Assembly: GCA_964016885.1 (NCBI GenBank)
Contig: OZ024740.1
Location: forward strand, 361,708,001-361,772,000
Source of the DNA: Eledone cirrhosa
Taxonomy: Eukaryota
DNA: 64,000 nt
Direction: 5' to 3'
The notes under the pieces were generated by a model. That model saw nothing but the letters and a program-made list of their open reading frames with translations. It had not been told where the DNA came from and made no database searches. Positions within the stretch are counted from its first letter, which is position 1, and each line of letters opens with the position of its first letter. A program made the translations under genes and the position numbers. Positions 27,183-39,116 of the stretch are shown here, in pieces.

Positions 27183-27847
27183 AGAATTCACAAGAATCAA
27201 AGCTATGTTCAAAGCATTTATTCACTTATAATTGTTTCATCCAAACCTAGGCTTGGAGTCTTTGGATCATTTTTCAATGTTTGTACACATAATTGACCTC
27301 CTTTCCAACGCAAGAGACATACAGATACATATGTATATATTGATGTACAGTGGAGTGACATATATTATACTATATTATTTCTGTATAGCAATTCAAATTC
27401 AAAATAAAAATCAAAATTAAAATTAAAACAAAATTAAAACAAAATTAAAATACATTCGGCAGTTAACATAGATAATGCAAGAGGATAGTTTGTTAGTCAG
27501 ATGTAGTAGTTAGTGTATGCGTTAGTTACACGTGGGGCATGCATGTGTGTCTCATTTATATATGATTATTGTGTGGCAGGGTGTTACATGTAATACAAGC
27601 ACTTTAAGCGGATAAGTAAGAGTATTATGGAGGTTGTAGTGGTAAGGTATATTTTATATATAATAAAAAAGTATGTGTGCAGAAAAATAAAAATAAAAAG
27701 GAGAAGCAAAAGAAAGTTATGGTTTTCGTATCCACCACCAGTTTCGCATTCACGAAAATTAATATATAAGACTCCAAGCCTAGGTTTGGATTAAACAATT
27801 GTAAGTGAATAAATGCTTTGAACATAGCTTTGATTCTTGTGAATTCT
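27183..27847. repeat. 79-bp inverted repeats (27183-27261, 27769-27847) containing an HHR-like 3' half
   Basis: tccaagcctaggtttgga hairpin followed by GAAAC-aatt on the minus strand of the left arm; CUGANGA not intact. Confidence 0.8.
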
Positions 27848-28003
27848 ATATAACTGCTCTGTAGAACAACTGATGTTATTACATTGAGCTATTTATCTTA
27901 CTGGTAATAAGATAGTAATAAATTACTGACCTTCACTGTTTAGGGTTTAAAATATATATAACTATGAAAAGTTTTAGTATATACATAACCATAAATAGTA
28001 TCC

Positions 28004-28112
<109 letters not shown>

Positions 28113-30759
28113 CATATATAAGTGTGTGTGTTTATGTGTGTTTATGTGTGCACCTGACTGAAGCAGAAGAATCAGTTACATACAGCTTAAACGAAGGATA
28201 TGTAGGCTGCCGGTTTTCATTTTTGTGTAGCTTTAGTACCATTAAAATACTCCGTTCCAGAACAATTAATGTGGTAGATATGAGCATTGTGGCTCTCTAG
28301 AGACATAACGCTTGTTAGATAGATATCTCAGCTTCCTAGGGTCAAACCCTCACCGAATTTGTCTAACTTTAGTACTATTATACTATACAGTTTTAGAACA
28401 ATCAGCATGTTAATTATTAAGAAGATATCTTGGCTTCAAATCCACCACGAATATTAAATTATTTTCCTCATCAAGAAATAAACTGAATTCCCAGTTATTT
28501 CGTACTGTATTCTCGTTTTCATGGTTGAATCTGAACAGAGGTTAACTCTGCCTTCAATCCTGCCGGGGTCGACAAAAGAAAGTATTAGTCACATAGTGGG
28601 ACTGATATAATCAATTTTCTCTTAACCCCCAAAACTGCTGGCTTTGTGCCTATATTAAAAACACATTCTGAAACCTGAGATAAGGGTGGTTGATTTCGAA
28701 ATTATTGGAGCATTTGTTCTAGCTTTTTTACGTATGGAGTTTTAAACCCACCCAGGTCAATTTTGTCTTTCATCCTTCCATACTGGAATCAATGTAATTT
28801 ACTCCCATTTGCATAATTTGCTGTTCAGCCACTTGAAAGTTAATTTCACCAGTAGCATGTTATATTGATCGAATCAACTGGAACACTCATCGTCGAAACT
28901 GACAGAAGGAACACAACATCATACATACATACATACATACATACATACATACATACATACATACATACATACATACATACATACATGATGGCTGCAACTC
29001 GATCTAGAGTAATGCCATCGCTTGATACTTAAGCATGGACATCACGGACGTGGCTTTTTAGTCCTGCTAGGGACTTGGCTATTGCCAGACATGTTATACA
29101 TGGCAAAACATGTCACATATGCTGCCTGTGATTGAAATTTTTTTAAGAGAGGAAAGGCTTTGCCCGGAGCCAATCCCACTCTCTGAACATCGAATACATT
29201 TACCCAAAAAGTAGAACTGGTCTTCATTATTGGATGCAAACGAAGTTGCAAGTTTTATATCAGAGTACCTTCTTCTAGAAAGATGTCTTAATGAAGACTA
29301 GGAGGCTCTCGCACGACAAAAAACAAAACAAAACAAAAAAAATCTTTATTGGATGGCCGTTGGCGCTCCTGAGTTAGTCCGCCCTTTGACGGGTCTTGTT
29401 TTTCATCCAGCAGTGTGTCCAAAATCACCCTCCTCACCAAGCAAGCTTGGTGGGGTTGCCGGTTTAGTCGCTGACGATCCGACCATGCACAAGTTGTATT
29501 GGGTTACATGTTACATACATACATACATACATATTCGGTAAAATTACTACAGAAGTATTTTTACTAATCAAAGTTGTATTTTATAACAGAAACGCCGCGG
29601 AAGCAGCATGGTCAAATGGATAAGAAGTTTGGTTCAGAATCATTAGGTCTCGGGTTCGATCCCACTGTGTGGCATCTTTGACAAGAGTAAATTAAAACAG
29701 CCCCGAATCGACACATGTATTGTGAGTGAAATTGAATCAGCCTTAAATCTTCTGTTGCGTTGAAACTCCCTGAAAATTTCTGTAAGTGTTAACGTGGAAT
29801 TCTCAACCATTTACACTATGTGTGACAAGCTTTGTCACACATTATGTGACACGGAGAATCTCCCTGAGATTTACGTTCATGCTACATGTGTCTGTGGAAT
29901 GCTCAGCCACTTAGACATTAATTGTTATTCCACTGATCGAACTACTATAACACTCATCACGGAAACCGATAGAGGTTTGTTCAGTTATTCCGTTAACAGA
30001 AAAGAAACACTGCACCCTCATCTATATTCAGAAGATCCATGTAGGCAAAGTACCAAATTTAGTATACGATACCAGAGAAATTCTAGAACATTTGTGGTTT
30101 TCCAAAGCTCTTACACGTTCCACTCGAACGAAGACATGCTACGCATTACATCACCGAGATATCATAGTTTTCAACAGCCTATATTCTATTTAGTGCAACT
30201 TCTGTCACATTTGTTGTGTGGTTAAGGAGTTCTTTTCGCAACCAGCTCGTTCTGGGTTAACTCCCACTGTGCAGCACATTGGGCAAGTGTCTTATAGTGT
30301 TCATAGCCTGCAAAATCCCATGGTATATATATATATATATGTCTGTGTGTATGTGTTTGTATGTATATATTTATGTGTGTGAGTTTATTTATGTTTATAT
30401 TATACCTAATTATGATTCTATGTATGTGTTTACGTATATAGTTGTGTGTATGCGGTTGTATATATGCTTTTGTTTTTGTCCATATAGTCTTACGCATGGT
30501 TTTGTATGCGTGTGTTGGTTTCTCATTACGTGCGAGTGCGCGCACGCATGTGTATACGTTTGTACGTAGGGTTTGTACCAATGCTCTTTTTTGTAGGGTT
30601 TATGTGTGTGTTAGTATATTTGGTTGTATGCATGTTTTTTTTTTGTATACGTGTGTATGCGTGTGTATATGTATTTTTGCACGCATGTGTATGTGGATGT
30701 GTACGTATGTTTATTTTATATTTTATATTTTTATAGTTTTGTGTATGTACATATATATA

Positions 30760-30818
<59 letters not shown>

Positions 30819-31021
30819 AGAAAGTAGTACAGCATAATCGGAGCTCTGGTTGCGGGCAAGCTAACGAATGCTGTCGGGAAGTGCAGCCAAAAGCACTCAA
30901 TAAGGAATTTTACCTTAGAGTTATAACATTACGTTTAAACAGCTATGCAAATTGAAGCCAGCGACCGAAATGCGAGCCGCTAGGACCAGAACAACGAAAT
31001 AACCGACTCAGGAAAAAGTTT

Positions 31022-31081
<60 letters not shown>

Positions 31082-31678
31082 ATATGTATATACACATGTG
31101 TATATGTATATACACATACATTTGTGTATGTGTTTTTATACGTGTATGAGTATTTGTGCATTTTCTTTTGTGTGCTGTGCGTGTGTATGTACGTATGTGT
31201 GTATACATATATATATATATTTATATATATATGTATATATATACTTTGTATATATGTATATTTATGTATATGCATAACCTCGTGTATTTGTTAATTTTAA
31301 TTGTTTTTATCCCCCCGCCCCCCTCCTCTCATTTATCGTTGTCAACACGCATCCTTTGTTTTATTTTTTATTTTTGATTTTATATTTTTTGTTCTTATTC
31401 ATTTATTTATTTATTCTTATGACTTCATGTATATGTATGTGTATGTATTTTGTCCATGTATGTAGATACTTATACGTTTATGTGAATATGTATACGTCTA
31501 CGTACTTTTTAAGTACATGCGCGTGGTTGAGTGTGTGCATGTTTATATATTTATTGTTTTTATATATATATATGTATTCTTTTTCTTCTTCTTCTTCGCC
31601 CGTTGTTTCCTCAGCCTCACTTTCATATTTCTTATATTTTGTTTTCAAATCCATATTTAATAAAAACACCATGTTTTA

Positions 31679-31736
31679 TTCATTCTGACGACTGAAAACA
31701 GATATATCTGCTTTCAAGAAACCACTGGTAAATGAA
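31679..31736 (+). ncRNA. Intact type I hammerhead ribozyme motif
   Basis: ttcatt CTGACGA c tgaaa-a-cagat-at-atctg-c-tttca a GAAA cca-c-tgg TA aatgaa. Confidence 0.85.
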
Positions 31737-31837
31737 ATAATTATCTTATGTTGTTTATTACATAACTAATAAGCTCTGTAGCCTACATAGAGCACTCTTT
31801 TTTCCTGTACCTTTCCGACGGAATTACTTCATTTATA

Positions 31838-31893
<56 letters not shown>

Positions 31894-32004
31894 GGAGGAG
31901 GTTATAGTTCACTTGAAGCATTGTGTAATGAGGTATAAACGTTTGTATATGTATAATAAAGCCATTGGCAAGCTATTTAGAACACTGGTTTGACAGCTTA
32001 CTTC

Positions 32005-32039
32005 CCTCTGAAGAAGAGATATTATCTCGAAAATTAAGG
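32005..32039 (+). ncRNA. Minimal type I hammerhead motif
   Basis: cct CTGAAGA a gagat-att-atctc GAAA at TA agg. Confidence 0.75.
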
Positions 32040-32153
32040 AAATTTAAATAAATCTAAGGTAAAAGACTAATTATCAACAATATCTTTTGCATTTGCATTC
32101 TTTATTCTATGTCCATACCTGCATTGCTTTGGCTTTATTATACATATACAAAC

Positions 32154-32212
<59 letters not shown>

Positions 32213-32227
32213 TCTTTTATATAGATA

Positions 32228-32870
32228 ATTTAATATATCTACTAACATAAGCGCACAGATGTACGCCAATGCCAGCAAATACACAGGTTATGTCATAGTA
32301 CCTAGGTGGTTCAATGCAGGAGGATGCAGAACAATAATATAAAAGACGTAAAATAAGAAAATTAAAAAAAAAATTAAAAAAAATTAAAAAAAAATTAAAA
32401 AAAATTTTTTTTAAAAATTAACTTACTTACTAAAATTTTCACTCCAACTAATTAGTTTCTGCAATGGGATAAAGACAGTTACGTAATGAACTGTTGAGAA
32501 TTTTATTGCGTCATCAGGGAGGTCTATTCTCAGCCAAGTCTCCAGGCAATGCGCGGACACTGGGGACTCATATAAAAATAATAATAATTCGGTAAATGGA
32601 ACAGCTATCGGGGACTGGATTCCAAGTACTGAAAATCTCGCTGCCACTGGTCAAATGGCCGATTCTAAAGAATCAATCACGTGACACTGAAGCTAGTCGG
32701 TAGGAGTGGGACTTGGCTGAGAATAGACCTCCCTGATGACGCAATGAAATTCTCAACAGTTCATTACGTAACTGTCTTTATCCCATTGCAGAAACTAATT
32801 AGTTGGAGTGAAAATTTTAGTAAGTAAGTTAATTTTTAAAAAAAAATTTTTTAAATTTTCTTATTTTACG

Positions 32871-32877
<7 letters not shown>
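32228..32877. mobile_element. HHR element family A copy 2: fold-back with HHRs on both strands (32442-32521 minus; 32729-32808 plus)
   Basis: Arms 32338-32540 and 32710-32877; ctcc CTGATGA c gcaatg...cattgc a GAAA ctaattag TT ggag. Confidence 0.88.
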
Positions 32878-32949
<72 letters not shown>

Positions 32950-32988
32950 TTCACACACATATATATATATATATATATATTTGTATAT

Positions 32989-33025
<37 letters not shown>

Positions 33026-33085
33026 CATATTTCATATATATGCATATTTCTGTAGGTACTTAGTGCCTGTTGGAATATCCATACC

Positions 33086-33137
<52 letters not shown>

Positions 33138-33141
<4 letters not shown>

Positions 33142-33456
33142 GAGCGGAACAAGTAATCATCAAACAATCTTTTAAATAAATTAAAAAACGATTTAAATAT
33201 TCACCTGTTCTATTGCCGATTGGAAATTCTCTGAATTTCCAATCTTTTGATTAGTGAAACCGTCGGTAACAGCAATAGAACAGGTGAATATTTAAATCGT
33301 CTTTTAATTTATTTAAAAGATTGTTTGATGATTACTTGTTCCGCTCATTTTTATAGTTCTGGTATCTCAATTTAGTACCATCGAACCACAACTATTATAA
33401 ACACCATGCATATTTCTGAAGGTACTTAGTGCCTGTTGGAATATCCATACCCTTTT
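33138..33456 (+). mobile_element. Fold-back element with HHR 3' half (GAAAC-cgtcg-GTA 33256-33268); its last 49 bp are repeated at 33041-33089
   Basis: About 80-bp inverted arms; (TA)n on both sides. Confidence 0.8.
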
Positions 33457-33479
33457 ATATATATATATATATATATATA

Positions 33480-33655
33480 TAACGAAGAAAATGTGGTAAG
33501 GAACCAGGTGGACCATAACGCACCAAAGTACTCAATAGGGTAGTAGAGTGGGTAATAGGAACGAGTAGGACCCCAACGGCTGAGCTCAAGCCGTTTCGAC
33601 GGTAGAATTAGCCGTCGAAACGGCTTGAGCTCAGCCGTCGGGGTCCTACTCGTTC

Positions 33656-33656
<1 letters not shown>
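33480..33656 (-). mobile_element. Fold-back element family B copy 2
   Basis: Homologous to 2884-3080; hairpin centred near 33606. Confidence 0.85.
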
Positions 33657-33687
<31 letters not shown>

Positions 33688-33782
33688 TTATTCTTTATAT
33701 ATCAACTCTGCATGAACTCTATTGCATTGAGCTTTAAACCTGCTGGTTAAGTCTATACCCAATAATAGCAACACTGTTAAAG

Positions 33783-33843
<61 letters not shown>

Positions 33844-33845
33844 AG

Positions 33846-34025
33846 GGTCCGGTAAGATACCAGGTGGACCATAACTCACCAGAATACTCGATACTTGGGG
33901 TAATATGAAAGGATTCAGGACCCCGACGGCTGAGCTCCGGTCGTTTCGACAGCTAGATCCGAACTGAGTTCGGATCTAGCCGTCGAAACGGGCGGAACTC
34001 GGCCGTCGGGGTCCTGAATCTTTTC
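33846..34025 (-). mobile_element. Fold-back element family B copy 3
   Basis: Homologous to 2884-3080; hairpin centred at gaactgagttc near 33966. Confidence 0.85.
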
Positions 34026-34040
34026 ATATATATATATATA

Positions 34041-34622
34041 TATTGTTATACTTTGGGAGGGTCATGTTGCCAATAAAGAAACACACGCACCAGTTGCTTT
34101 CACTTCAATTTAATTTATTATATATTTATAAATTTACAAATTTATAAATTTCTGGTTGGTTGGTTGGTTCCACAACCAGATAGTTGTTTATATATATATA
34201 GTCATAGTTCTTTCGTCACACACTCTGTGACCTCTTCAGTGGACTGGGGATTTCTTTCTTCGTTTCTGTGCCTTTCCTTTTCTTCTATCCTACGCCATTT
34301 TCAATTTGAAAATGGCGTAGGATAGAAGAAAGGAAAGGCACAGAAACGAAGAAAGAAATCCCCAGTCACTGAAGAGGTCACAGAGTGTGTGACGAAAGAA
34401 CTATGACTATATATATATAAACAACTATCTGGTTGTGGAAACCAACCAACCAACCAGAAATTTATAAATTTGTAAATTTATAAATATATAATAAATTAAA
34501 TTGAAGTGAAAGCAACTGGTGCGTGTGTTTCTTATTGGCAACATGACCCTCCCAAAGTATAACAATATCGGTTTCAACACACGATTTCAGATAAAGAATC
34601 TTGCTAAACAAATTCAGAAACG

Positions 34623-34626
<4 letters not shown>
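34041..34626 (+). mobile_element. Palindrome of about 527 bp (34041-34567, centre 34305) plus 60-bp tail, with an HHR in each arm
   Basis: Arms are near-exact reverse complements with a 1-nt spacer; a related tail lies on the minus strand at 34806-34940. Confidence 0.92.
34364..34408 (+). ncRNA. Intact type I hammerhead motif (mirror copy at 34200-34245, minus strand)
   Basis: agtca CTGAAGA g gtcac-agagtgt-gtgac GAAA gaac TA tgact. Confidence 0.85.
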
Positions 34627-34673
<47 letters not shown>

Positions 34674-34768
34674 TTTTTTACCTGTCCCAGCCATCCGACT
34701 GAGGCCATACTGGGGCACCGCTCTTGGAAATTTATTTCGAGCCCACCAGTATATATATATATATATAT

Positions 34769-34805
<37 letters not shown>

Positions 34806-35243
34806 ATATTCGTTTATGTATTTGTTCTGCAAGATTCTTGATGTGAAATCGTGTGTTGAAGCCGATATTATTATATTTGGGGTTGGTCATGTTTGCCAAT
34901 ATTGCAAATAGAAGAAAACATACGCACCATATAATTTTCACTTCATCTTTATTGTTCGTTATTCATTTGTTTATCATTCTATTTCTCTCACATTCAGTTA
35001 CCCCCCCCCCTCTTGTTTCCTCTCCCATCTACTCTATTCTCCACCTGTGTGTTTTTGCTTCTTCTCTCCACCACATCATGTCTTTTCCTCTACCGTATTG
35101 ATAGGCGCCTCCTGTCGTTTCTCCACCCTCTCCCCACTCTTATCTTTCATCATAATCATCATCATCATCTTTCCTCATCATTTCAATGTCTGATTTTCCC
35201 ACGCTAACATGTGTTAGGCGGAGGAGCATCATGCCCAATCTCA

Positions 35244-35300
<57 letters not shown>

Positions 35301-35655
35301 GTATGGATGTATGTATTATGTATGTACGGTGCCGAATAAGCAGTTCTTAGAATTTCGGTTAGAATTTTTTTGCAGTAGTCTTGAGATCAAAAACTCCACA
35401 AGATCAACTTTTCATCCTTTTGATATAGACAAAAAAGTACCAGTTCAATACTGAGGTCGATTCTTCCTTAATATCTATTTCTCACTTCCTCTATGTCGCC
35501 CCCCTCTCTGTCTCTCTCTCTACTTCTCTTAAAAAATTGGCTGTGGAGAAGGAATGGGCTTCGTCAGGTTGTAAAATGCCCAAGACACGTTGCGTGTCAT
35601 TATGGCCGCCTCTACGACATCATCAGGAGTTTACCTGTCCTTGCATACATGTGTG

Positions 35656-35771
<116 letters not shown>

Positions 35772-37324
35772 TGTGTGTCCTGTGCATATTCATATATGTA
35801 CACAATATTTTTCTTATATCCATGAATCTGACTCAGTTTCTACTTCATTTAATTACCAAAGACAATGATAATATTAAGCAGAAATTGCTTTTAAATGAGA
35901 CACACATTAGCATATATGAAACATCATCCTCCAGCTGTACTGCTATTATTTGGTAACAGGGGGCGATAGATTTGAAGAAACCTTAGTGCGTCGAACAAAA
36001 TGCTTTGCAGTGTTTGTTCCGGATCTTTATTTTTGAAACCCAATCACTTCTAGAGTCAATAAAATAAAGTACCAGTGAAGTACTGAGATCGATATAATTG
36101 AATGTTGCCTCCCCACAAATTGCCTTGTGCCTAAACCAGAAATCCTTATTAAACCTGAATTTAAGGCGGTGGATTGGCGGAATTTTTAGAGCATTTTGTG
36201 CTATTCATCCAGGCTCTTTATGATATGAGTTCAAATCCTACCAACATCAACTTTACCTTTCATCCTTCCAGGGTTGATAAAATAAAGTACCAGTCAAGTA
36301 CTGGGGTAGATTTAATCGACTTTCTCCCCTTGCCCCAAACTGCTGGTCTTATGCCTAAATTAGAAAACAATTATTTGCCGATACCATCCCCTAATCTATC
36401 TCAAAAGAAAGAACAATAACATACACACGAAGGACAAACACATGTCAGAGTAGACAAATCATAACACAAAACACAATGAACCCACAACATAAAGGTTATA
36501 ATACTACATCGTAAAGAAAACAAATACACTAGCCAGACTCCTTTCTGACAAGACGACAGAAATAAACTTGGAATAAAAAAGGAAGAAGCCGACTGCAGTC
36601 AGTCGTTGTTGTGTTTGTTTCTAGTGTTTATCTAAGTTTCATGTTACCTGTTAGGAGGTCTGATATCTCTTGACTCATATACAGTTTAGTTATCGTATCG
36701 ATGAAGTTTATATAATAACCACAGTGAAAGTTGTAACGCACCCGTAGCAGAATCAGAGAAGAATGTTCGGCCCGCGAAGCTCAAGATTGTTTTTGGTAGC
36801 TGCGCTTTAGACTTTAATTCTCATCGTATGATGATCTGAGAAAATAATCTAGATATTTTCTCTATTTTTAAATCGCCTCATTCCTTCTTTCTTTCCTCTC
36901 TTCCTTCCTCCCTCCCTTCCTTCCGTATCTTTATTTATGTATTTATTTGTTTACTTATTTATACCACTCGTCAAATATAATCTTCCTTCTAATATATATC
37001 TCTCTCTTCTTCACATCTGTTGATTTACTTCTGCTTTCTCCTTTCTTTTTGACTTTGAAATACGATATTTCTTCCTCTTTTTTCATACCACTTATTTGTT
37101 TTCATTATTTATTTATATATTTTCATCTATTTTTAACCTGATGTTAATAATCATGGTTTTGCAATCTGCAACTAGTTGCAGAAATTCTTTGTTACCTTAG
37201 ACCAGGGTTTAAAAGGAAGGGGGAATGGTCGGTGTAAAGACAATTACCTCACCCTTAAAGAAATGTATATATATATATATACCAGGTTATGAATATGTAA
37301 AAAATAGATTTAAATATCTTATTT

Positions 37325-37378
<54 letters not shown>

Positions 37379-37391
37379 ATTATTATTATTA

Positions 37392-37441
<50 letters not shown>

Positions 37442-37459
37442 GATAAGGATATATATATA

Positions 37460-37518
<59 letters not shown>

Positions 37519-37709
37519 GTATATAGATAAGGATAACAAGGTCGATTGGTTACTCCACTCGTCCTTGTTATCCTTTCAATATATTACACTCTGTATAGCT
37601 CTACACCTCAACACAGAAGTGAACCTAAACATCGAGTGCTCACTCGGGTGAACCTGCAGTAACGCCAAGTTACACTCCCTGGATATATATATGTATATAT
37701 ATATATATA

Positions 37710-38045
37710 GGGTTCGGACGATATTTGTTCGCAAGATTACTGTCTATGAAAAAATAACACAGTAGTTTTATTTTTTAAGATATATTTATCAAAACTTGGG
37801 TTAGTTTGTCTTCATGACTTGTTCTTTCGATTTCACTCGATAAACCCGCCATTGGCTTTTGATGGACGGCCTCAGGGCGGCCTCGGAACCGGCTACAGGA
37901 CTTCGTCACTGTCCCTCGACTTAGGCTCCTAAAGGCACTTGTGATTCTGGCCTTCAGATCGTCTTTCGTATTGCAGCTAGATCTGTTGGTATGTCGTTCC
38001 ACTGCGCCTCACATAAAGAAGTCGAGGGGGGTTGCAATACAAATC
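37710..38045 (-). mobile_element. Tc1/mariner-superfamily transposase C-terminal remnant with one end
   Basis: Minus strand reads CNPLDFFM*GAVERHTNRSSCNTKDDLKARI, like the SPDxNPxD..W motif; abuts TA. Confidence 0.75.
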
Positions 38046-38851
38046 GTAAGAAGCTGGGCGTCAGAGAAACAGAAAGATCACGGCGAGTTAGGAAGTTGCA
38101 AGTACAGTTCATTACTAGTATTGTAAAAATATTGAAAACATTTCAGAAATACAGGTAATAACTGCATCTACACACCTATAGATACAGAAATATGCACTTG
38201 TACACATATACCGCAAAGCATACAGATCCATCGTTGCAATAACGTCCATAACAGCACACTCATATACACACTCACAGATATACGTATGTATCTTGTTGAT
38301 GTCTAAATTTCTGTGAAAGAGTCTTTGTCCTATGCTAGAAACCGGCTTTAACTCTTCTGGTGGTGGTGGTGGTTACTTTGTATGCAAATGCAATAAAAAA
38401 AAGATCTGCGCGGTGGCCATTGCTTTGTATACATATGCAATAAAAAAAAGATCTGCGTTTTCAATTTTGTGCTTTGCAAAATATTGAGAAACAAATATTA
38501 TAAATATGTTTAATTAGTCTATTGTTTGCCGTACTAACACACGAAAATTTGAGGGTCGGTGTTTTTTCAACGATCTACCAACTATAAAACAAGGATTTAC
38601 AATTCATGGGGGCCACGAAAAAATTCAACAACAGAAACATTAAACTGTTCTATAGCTGTCTTTTTGTTTCACTTTCATTTTCTTATATTTGCTTTTTCTA
38701 TCCATTATTTTCTTTCTCTTGGTTTTGTTTCTTAATTATAGAGGGTATTAGATACATTTCTCAGTCTTTCATGGTTATCAACTTTACACGAACACTTAAA
38801 TTGATTAAATAAATAAATAAGGGATAAAAAATAATTAATAAACTAATGCTG

Positions 38852-38892
<41 letters not shown>

Positions 38893-38916
38893 TACATACA
38901 CACACACACATACACA

Positions 38917-39116
38917 NNNNNNNNNNNNNNNNNNNNNNNNNNNNNNNNNNNNNNNNNNNNNNNNNNNNNNNNNNNNNNNNNNNNNNNNNNNNNNNNNNNN
39001 NNNNNNNNNNNNNNNNNNNNNNNNNNNNNNNNNNNNNNNNNNNNNNNNNNNNNNNNNNNNNNNNNNNNNNNNNNNNNNNNNNNNNNNNNNNNNNNNNNNN
39101 NNNNNNNNNNNNNNNN
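38917..39116. other. Assembly gap (200 N)
   Basis: Seen directly. Confidence 1.
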
